From Chrysomallon squamiferum (Eukaryota > Animalia > Mollusca): 64,000 nucleotides of DNA. Location of the stretch: positions 27,218,001-27,282,000 of the forward strand of contig CM022670.1 in NCBI GenBank assembly GCA_012295275.1. Direction: 5' to 3'. The position numbers and the translations under genes were made by a program. Shown piece after piece: positions 55,334 through 64,000 of the stretch. Numbering within the stretch: the stretch's first letter is position 1; each line of letters starts with the position of its first letter. Under the pieces are notes generated by a model, which saw nothing but the letters and a program-made list of their open reading frames with translations, was not told the origin of the DNA and ran no database searches.

Positions 55334-58300
55334 TTTAATTTTAATTTTAATAAAAATAATAAAAGATATAAATATAATAATATTAATAACAATAACAAAT
55401 AAGTGTTAATAATAATAACAATAATTATGTCAAATATTACTACTAGTACTACTATTGCTACTATTACTATTATTATTACTACAACTACTAACAACAACAA
55501 CAACCACAACCATAATTATCATAATAAATAATGGTAAATGTTTTGACTGAAATTAGGCTGTGGAATGAAATAAATGATCAAAACATAATTATAGGCATTG
55601 GTGACTAATTCTGTACTGCATGCAGAACAAATGAAATGTACATGAGAAATTAGAACAATCACATTTAAAAAAAGATAATTTGTGTTTGGTAAAAGAAAAT
55701 AACTATTCTAACAAGCTCTGTTATGCGGTAGACTTCATACAACAAACAAAATACTAATACAGTAAAGCACAAACTAAAAGCCTTGACCACAGATACAGGG
55801 AAAACAATTTTAAAGTTCAAATTTAAATGAATAAAAAGAGTTATAAATTAAAAAAAGATGAACAAACAACTAAAAAATCTTTAAAAAAAAAAAAAAAGAT
55901 AATAAATAATCCAAATGCTAAAAAGTAATTTAATACAATCATCTCACCTAATCTAACCTAATTTTTGTTTTATCACTTACCTGGAAATTCTGTCTTATAA
56001 ATGATGTTATCTCCCTTGAATAAGAGTTACCAAACTTGAATTTTTGTTCCTGTGGATTAAAATGTTTTAAAAAGCAGATGTGCTGTCACATGCAGAAGTT
56101 GAAAAGCAGGTTACAAACACAATATCAATGTATATTTAAAATGCGAGCAAAGCTGAGGAGAGCGGACTTTAACTCCAAACTGACCGGGGCAGTTTTGTGT
56201 GTTACAGCTGCGTGATTCGCTGTTATGACCAGCGCAGTCTTGACCGCCATAAAATGGACCTGTGCAATTTCTGGTCCGCTGCTGAATACCACCTCCGCAT
56301 GTGAGACTGCAAGCGTCCCACTCAGACCACTCACTCCATGCACCATCAACTGAAAATACACGTTAGCAAACTTATTAAACACCCCGAAATTTCTATAAAT
56401 ACAAAAGCACATTTCTGGCAAACGTATTTTTTTTTACCATGAATGAAAATGTTCTGAATGTCTAACTGAATGAAAATGTTCTGAATGTCTAACTGAATGA
56501 GAATGTTCTGAATTATCTAATTATTCAATTAATTTTTATCAAAATTAATTTATAAAGTAGTTTGATTGATAGTTCTCAGTTTGTTTTGTAAACATACTAC
56601 TGGCAGAAAACTAAATAATTATGAACTTCATAATAATGTTTTGATATTCACTAATTTATTGCAGATTTAAAAAAAATCTAACATGGTGAAATAAATTGTT
56701 CCTAAAAGCTAAACAAATTTTTTTGTTTTACATTTTATGAATATTAAGTTTTATCATTTCAGAGTTCCAATTTTTCAACAGATTTTTGACACAGAAATAA
56801 TTTAAATTTATTGCAGAATGGCAAACAGATAATTGTTTATTCATTAGTTTCTTGCTTTGATTGGGACTTTATTTTTGAAAGGGTATCAAGAAAATAAAAT
56901 ACAAAGTGTTTTAAAATGTAATATCTTAAAAAATTGACTTTTAAAATTCTGAAAGATTTGTTTTCTAGAATATACAAAATGAAATGAACTGTCAACTATC
57001 TGTTATGAAAATATAAGTTTGTCTTACTTAGGTATTAAAAACATTTTAAAATATAAATATCTACTTGGGCAAGGATTAACATTGCAAGCTTCAACTTCAG
57101 TTGAGGGACCATTGCAGTTTTTGCCACCAAAATACGGCCCAAAGCATTTTCGCAAGCGAAGGTGTGACCCACGGCCACAAGAAAGGTCACATGCACTCCA
57201 AGAACTCCAAGGCTGCCAAATGCCATCAACTGAAAAACAATGGCAGGTTCTAACTCTTGCTGATATTGTTCATATATTCAACTACAGCTTTAATCAAAAT
57301 ATATTTTCAAGATTTTAAGAGAATTTATTATAAATCATAAACCAAAAATACTTTTAATCAAAATATATTTTAGAAATATATTATTTTTTAAAAATGATTA
57401 GATATTTGATTTAATTAATATAGTAATTTTATATTATCATTTTGATTTTCTCTCATGTTTTACCAAGCAAAAGATGTTATCAATAAACTTTAAAACAAGA
57501 GAATCATGAAACAATAATATCCATCTAGAAACTGGTGGTATGTTTATAAGTTAATTTCTTAGACAGATTGAAGCATTTTATTTTTATACGTTTTATTTAT
57601 TTATTTATATGCTTATTTACTTGCTTGCTTGATTATTTATTTATTTATTTATTCATTCATTTTATTTTTTAATTATTATTTTTAATTGTTATTATTATTA
57701 TTAATAACACATATATTATTATTATTATTTTTATTATTATTTTGTATTTTACCCTGATATCACATAACACATTCAAATTGTAAAAAAACATGTTAGTCCA
57801 TGTATATTTTAAATGTATCATATATTTAATGCATAACATTAAAAACTAAAACTATGCAACTATAAAGAAAATATTAGCAAAAGTCCTAGCAAAAATGAAA
57901 ACGGATTAGAATATCAAAAGCACTATTAGCACACAAAGCACAAGATAAAATGGCAGGTGATATTTGTATAGGTAATAAATAAATAAATAAATAATTATAA
58001 TAATGAATTTACTGATTATATATATATTCTATTATTATTATAATTATTGCCTTTATTTATTTATTTATTACATAATATATATGTAATGAGGATTTAAGAA
58101 AATTTATATTAGTATATTTTTATGTAAAATCATCTAAAACTGTCTTGCAAAACTTCTGTAATACTGAATGTGATGGAAGTAACATTCTTTCTTTTATTTT
58201 TTCACTTTTGCTGAACTGTATATATCTGTAAGAAAAATGTAAATTTATGCAGTATAAAACAGTAAAAACAGAAATAAAAAAGGGTGTAACTTTGACCACA

Positions 58301-58774
58301 CCCTACACTTATCCAACAATAAAATGCATGTTAAAACAACACAGACAGGTGAGTATTTTAAACGACAGGTGGGCAAGTGTTGAAAAAGAACATAGCTACC
58401 AGGACATGGGTGTGTATTGCACGTGTTGTTTTGTCTCCAGGGGCCGGTACAGTTGGAACCCCCAAAAAGAGGTTCTGTACAAGTTCTAGTTCTCACAGTC
58501 TCCCCTCCCCCACATGTCCTGCTGCATGAGCTCCATTCTGACCACGCCTCAAACACACCATCCACTGGGAATGAAACGTAATGTTCAACTGTTTACACAG
58601 ATATGCTGATGTTTATTCAACCACAAACACACACATATACCCAACCATATATATATATACATACAGAGGAACACACACATAAACACAAATTCATAAACAT
58701 ATATAAAAACATAATACATACATATATATATACACAAAAATATACACCAAAAAACATACACTTAAAGAGAAATG

Positions 58775-58806
<32 letters not shown>

Positions 58807-58819
58807 GACACTCACACAC

Positions 58820-58852
<33 letters not shown>

Positions 58853-61800
58853 GACATTCTCAATCTGTTATGACACTAACATATCCACTCACAGACAAAC
58901 GCTAACAAACTGAATTACAAAGTTTTGTGTACCTGGACAGGGGACATCACTGCAGCTTTGTTCTTCTTCAGATTCTCCCACACATTCCTCACCTCCATGT
59001 TGTGGGGGGTTACAGTTTCTGAACCTGATCTGACTTCCACCCCCACACGTCACACTGCAAGAGCTGAATGATGACCAGGCTTCCCAGAACCCATCAACTG
59101 AAAGACAAATACATATTTGTGTGCTGTCATTCTATTCCAGTTCACCCAAATTTTGTTATGACACTGTAATTTGGTTCATTATTTCAAGCTCATGAGATTA
59201 AAAAAACTTCAAATCTATACAAATTAAAGGTCAAAAAGGCATAAAGACTATTATTTCAATGATTAAACTAATTACTTATTTAGAATTCTGAGCCAATTCC
59301 TTTTCCAGAGACTCCTAATAATGTCTAATTTGATCTGCAACTCATAAGAAATAATGTAGCACTGGTCACCTGACCTGTTTTCTAACAAAAACAAAAAGCC
59401 AAACTTAAAAGTATGATATTTCCTAAAGTGTTGGTATAATACACACAATATCTGGCATTAGAAAATAATAGAAAAATATTATGGGATGCAGTTATCATTT
59501 TAACTTATTTATGGTGATTTGAAATGATATAATTCTGTTTCATTTTTGAAAAACAAGACAACATAAACATATTTGAACCCATAGCCATTTTCTCTCTGTG
59601 TCTGTCTCTGCATCTACCATGTGTGTATAAACATAAATTATATTCTTTATTTTAGTTATTATTACTCAATACTGTGAATCTTTCATGTGTTTTTGTGTAT
59701 ATGTTTATGAATTTGTATATAAACATTTGCAAGGTGCTTACATGGATTCATATGCATATATTTATATGTATACATGCGATAAACATTTAAATGAAACAAC
59801 AACAGCAAATTCATTAAAATAACGATTAAACCATCTGTGTTGACAATGAATATATCATTAACGTATAAACAACAAACAAACTAGAGAAAAGTGAAATGAA
59901 ATTAGTAAAATACGTAGTATAGAAAAAGCAACTACAAACAACTTTTACAATGTACTATCTTACTATGACAGGGTTGTAACCCACATTTCATGATCTCTGT
60001 GTTGTTTCCACAATGATGCTGTCATTCATGACATTGTTCATCACACAGTGTGTGATATGGAATGGAACCTCCATCATACAACACAGAACACAATGCCCAT
60101 GATCCAACCCTACACGAGGCAAGTTCTCTCAGCTGAAATGTATTATTGAGAAGATATATTTAGTCAGTATATTGCATTCCTTGTTTTGTATGCAGAGGGT
60201 CATTCCATGTCAAATCACCCCCCAAAAAAAAAAATTAAACCCGACCATCTCAGATTTTTATGAAACTTGGTATACTTGTTGACTGGGATCCCACAGCACC
60301 AAATCTGAAATTTTAGCCCAGTCAGACCAGTGGTGTGGTGATGTGCATTTTTAAAATCTATATTGTGGCTAAACAAAAAATATTACACCCAGGAAACTTT
60401 TATATGTTTTAGTTAACACGTGGGAGATTAAATTCCAATAAAGGTAATCTGAAGGTCACGTGATCCACATGGTCAATTTCATGGTCATTGCAAAGGTCAA
60501 ACGGTCAATGTACTCCAATATTTGGAATCCTTGTCATATTGCCTTTTCAACAATACCAATTTTAGGAAGATTGGCCCAGTAGTTCATGAGATATGAGGGT
60601 TCAAAAGTTGGTGGTCAAGCCCATTTTTGTCAAAAATCTCAAAATTCGGTGGGCCGTATCTCCAACACCACTGATCCGATTGGGCTAATATTTCAGATTT
60701 GGTGCAGTGGGATCCCAGTCAACAAGTATACCATGTTTCATAAAAATCTGAGACGGTCGGGTTTAACCCATTGGGTGATTTGACACAGAATGATCCCAAA
60801 GTATCTCTGAATGTGTGTCACAATCACTTTATATATATATAGGTATATATCAATTTGTTAGATATATATTCTCAGTATACACAATAAATAAGCACTATGT
60901 AGATAATCTTAATAAAATCAATATAATATTTCAGTTATACTGAAAGTATAAAGTATTTTATTACATACTTTGCATTCATTCTTAATTGTCAAGTGCTATA
61001 ATCACTGAAAAGCGTATTATTTCTATAATGAAAAAAAAAATGACTTACCTGGACAAGTTCACTGAAGGCATTTAATCTGTTTCATCAGCACCCCAGAGCA
61101 GTTGTTGTTCCACTGTATGGACCAGTGCATGGTTGCTTTTGCATCTATCTGCTATTACCATGTGTCACATTATTATCAGACCATGGTAACCATCTTTTTC
61201 CAAAAGCATCAACTGAAGAAAATATTAGTCTACAACACCAATTTAACTTTTACTTCAAAAAAAAAAAAAAAAAATGGAAAATTCAGATAAAACATCATAA
61301 CGCAATGCAAACAACAGTTCCTTCCCCTGCCAGTGAAATACGAGAGAAAATGAACAAATATCCAGATGAGTGAAACGGGGGGAAAAAGAGAAAATGCAGC
61401 TACAGCAGACAAGTGTGAAAACAGCACAACACAAACACGGACCACTCACTTGGACAAGGTTGTGTGTTGCAGTGGCTGACCTCAGCGTCAGAGCCAATGC
61501 AGTCACGTCCTCCATAAAAAGGTCCAGTGCATCTCCTTGAGCGTGTCCTTGTGCCATTCCCACAACTGACTGTGCAGGTTGTCCAGCCAGTCCATGGATC
61601 CCACACACCATCAACTAGAAATTGTGAAATAAAAAGATTAATCACTTCATCCATCTCCAAGAAGCAAAGAATTATGAGATTAAAAAAATAATATTATTAA
61701 AATAAAGAGAAATTGAATATCAATTTCATTTTCATGAAAGAAACTATTAAGCAGTTATTAGTCAAAGCAGAAGAACAAACATTTGATATAAACAAGCAAT

Positions 61801-62457
61801 ATGGCAAAGATTTGGTATGGACTAGCAATATGGCAAAGATTTGGTATGGAAAAGCAGTTTAGCAAATATTTGTTGTGGACTAGCAATATGCATTGAAGAA
61901 AACCCTGAAAAAAACGGATGACTATCACTCAAATTAAAAAAGATTAAATAAAAAAATAAGCTAACATTTTCATCTGGGTTGTAGTCCCATCATTTTATTT
62001 TGTCATCTAGAACTGCACTCAGCTCACACTTGATAATGAAAATACCTGGACACGTATGAGTTTCACATTCTCTCTCTTCTTCTGAAACTCCCTCATTACA
62101 GTTCATTCCGCCATGTTGACCTTGGTAACATTCTCGTCTGCGCTTTTGCGTACCGCTATTGCACGAAGCGCTGCATGTCCCCCATGCCCCCCAGTCCATC
62201 CAGTGGCCATCAACTGTAAGTTATTGTTGTATGTGTAGCGAACAGAAATATTGATTTTTGGAAGCATGGACAGTACCAGTCAAAAATAAGTTTCCAGTGT
62301 TTGTTGTAAAAATAAAGGACTTGCCTAAAGAAAGCCGTTTTTCATTAAAGAGTGTAACAAACAAGAGATGCTTATTGTTTGCTCGTACTGTACAGATCCA
62401 ACAAGCTCAATTATAATAATAATAACAACAATAACAAAAAAAAAAAAAAACAAAAAA

Positions 62458-62507
<50 letters not shown>

Positions 62508-63121
62508 TCCGACAAAATGAAAATTCCCCGAATGTCTACACCTTCACAAATTCCTGAAACTCATGGAAAGTTTTGAAAATTCCTGACAATTGTCTCATCT
62601 TTTGCAATCCTAACACAAACGCAATAGCAAGGCAGTGCAACTTATTAAAAACAAACTTGTAAAAATATAGTTAAAAAACACAATATCATTAGAGGTTTAA
62701 AATACATTCATAATAAAATACTAAATATATATATATAAAAAAAATAATAATAATAATTAAATAAATAATAATAATGATAATTTTTCAAAATATCTATATA
62801 TGATCATAACAGTATATGCTTACAATAATTATGTTTATGAAACAGTTAATATACAGAATACAGAACATGTGTATTACCAGGGCAGTTGTTAGTGCTACAA
62901 TCCCTCCATTCGACGGGAGAACCACTGCACGCCTTGCCACCAAACTGAGGCTCCATACAAACACGCTCTCTTTTCTGTCTGCCTCCACCGCAAGTCACAT
63001 TGCATGGATTCCACGTGCCCCAGTCATGCCAGTATCCATCAACTGCAAGTTAACACCAACATGTTTCTGTTAGATACGCAGTAAAGGGATGTTACTAACC
63101 ATACAAACAGCAAGAGAAAGA

Positions 63122-63161
<40 letters not shown>

Positions 63162-63988
63162 ATGAAATTTTAACGTCTTGAAAATTTAAGTAAATATAAA
63201 CAAATCCAAATATGGTGCATATTTATACAAAAATGATGGTCAAAATATACCATATTTATGTAAGCATATGGGCAAAATTTTGCACAATATAACGTATTAT
63301 TTATTTATAAAAGTCAGACTAGTAAAGCAGTGATTTTGGTGCATACTATAATGTTACGAGAAAATCCATGAATTCTGCAAAGAATTAAAATAGTTTATTT
63401 TTAGTATTAAGACAGATGATGATATAAGGTTTTTCCAGTTTGATAAAACATTTAGTATCGATGTATTTCTAAAACTGAGAATACCTGACAAACATGCCAG
63501 ATACTGCTCACACGTTCACACACGTACACATACAAACATGCAATCATACACATATACGCGTGTGTGTGTGTGTGTGTGTGTGCACACGAATACACAAAGG
63601 AATATACACATATTTAATTATAACAATTAGGGAATATACACAAAATTAATTATAACAATTAGGGATATGTCTATTTGGTTTTGCTGTAGTTTTGACTTAA
63701 AAACCATCTGTGATATTGATCTTTCACCAGGTGACAAGTGGAAATGCACAGATTTTATATTTTTTCATAAATGAGTGGCTTCTAAAACACAGTGAAGTGT
63801 TGCAGCACAAACACAAGACCCACTTGGACACGGGTTTGTGTTGCAGACGCCAGTGTCTGTAGAACTCCCAACACAGTCACTGCCAGCATGCAGTGGCTGG
63901 TAGCATGCGCGTTGCCGTTTTCGCTGACCTCCGCCACAGGTCGCTGAGCATGCGCTCCATTTCTGCCACGCATCCCAAGATCCATCAA
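45354..63988 (-). CDS. Thrombospondin type-1 repeat protein (SCO-spondin/hemicentin/coadhesin-like) with C-terminal Caspr/neurexin-IV-type fibrinogen-like domain; 5' end beyond window
   Basis: Phase-1 TSP1 exons (mostly 165 nt, VDG.W..W..W..CS..CGGG...R.R.C): 63988-63824, 63042-62878, 62213-62046, 61614-61450, 59097-58933, 58564-58400, 57229-57065, 56349-56185, 55039-54875, 54496-54332, 51637-51473, 50750-50586, 48770-48606, 47985-47809. These are followed by 47274-47125 and 46585-46172 ([35 protein letters not shown]), then last exon 45418-45354 ([21 protein letters not shown]). Confidence 0.92.
45440..45620. repeat. ~40-bp minisatellite, 4-5 copies, adjacent to the distal last-exon acceptor
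   Basis: GAATGTATAATACACACACTGAATATAAAACATTAGACA variants. Confidence 0.8.
45833..45900 (-). CDS. Alternative (proximal) terminal exon of the TSP1-repeat gene
   Basis: Acceptor TTGTTGAAG|, phase 1. Encodes [22 protein letters not shown], homologous to the distal last exon. Confidence 0.8.
48485..48620 (-). repeat. 54-bp tandem repeat (2.5-3 copies) spanning a TSP1 exon end and donor
   Basis: CTTACTTGGACAAGGGTTCT at 48601 and 48547, and a mutated copy at 48493. Confidence 0.93.
56440..56515. repeat. 27-bp tandem repeat x3, intronic
   Basis: TGAATGAAAATGTTCTGAATGTCTAAC. Confidence 0.85.
59964..60132 (-). pseudogene. Degenerate TSP1 pseudo-exon
   Basis: 169 nt between TTTCAG and GTAAGA. Reads [28 protein letters not shown] with stops and a frameshift. 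Confidence 0.7.
60197..60797. mobile_element. Non-autonomous DNA transposon (MITE/foldback) with ~140-bp terminal inverted repeats
   Basis: Left arm GGGTCATTCCATGTCAAATCACCC..AAACCCGACCATCTCAGATTTTTATGAAACTTGGTATACTTGTTGACTGGGATCCCAC.. is mirrored by ..GTGGGATCCCAGTCAACAAGTATACCATGTTTCATAAAAATCTGAGACGGTCGGGTTT..GGGTGATTTGACACAGAATGATCCC. No clear TSD. Confidence 0.88.
61049..61212 (-). pseudogene. Degenerate TSP1 pseudo-exon
   Basis: 164 nt between CTTCAG and GTAAGT. Reads [34 protein letters not shown], frameshift, NNCSG..C..*TCP. Confidence 0.85.
61795..61890. repeat. 29-bp tandem repeat x3, intronic
   Basis: AGCAATATGGCAAAGATTTGGTATGGACT variants. Confidence 0.8.
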
Positions 63989-64000
63989 CTGTGAGACACA

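Overview
AT-rich, microsatellite-laden eukaryotic genomic DNA with spliceosomal introns. The metallothionein type points to a gastropod mollusc. Most of the supplied ORF track is microsatellite noise, so genes were rebuilt by hand from splice sites. Six genes are present. (1) The 3' part of a pancreatic-lipase-family gene lacking a PLAT domain (+, 513-3734). (2) A 128-aa, 36-Cys metallothionein made of two complete tandem gastropod MT units, with an MRE cluster (-, 4881-11923). (3) A type II membrane protein with a degenerate F-type lectin domain (+, 15310-21758). (4-5) Two head-to-head 11-exon pancreatic-lipase-related paralogues (-, 26202-31801; +, 35678-43140), separated by a truncated lipase duplicate and a Tigger/pogo relic. 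(6) The 3' part of a TSP1-repeat gene (14 intact TSP1 exons, 2 dead ones) ending in a Caspr/neurexin-IV-type fibrinogen-like domain with two alternative last exons (-, 45354 to window end). The most unusual signal recurs across unrelated genes: tandem repeats whose unit is the gene's own exon-intron junction. It appears at three donors, two acceptors and one stop codon, with up to about 50 copies of an intact 5' splice site.
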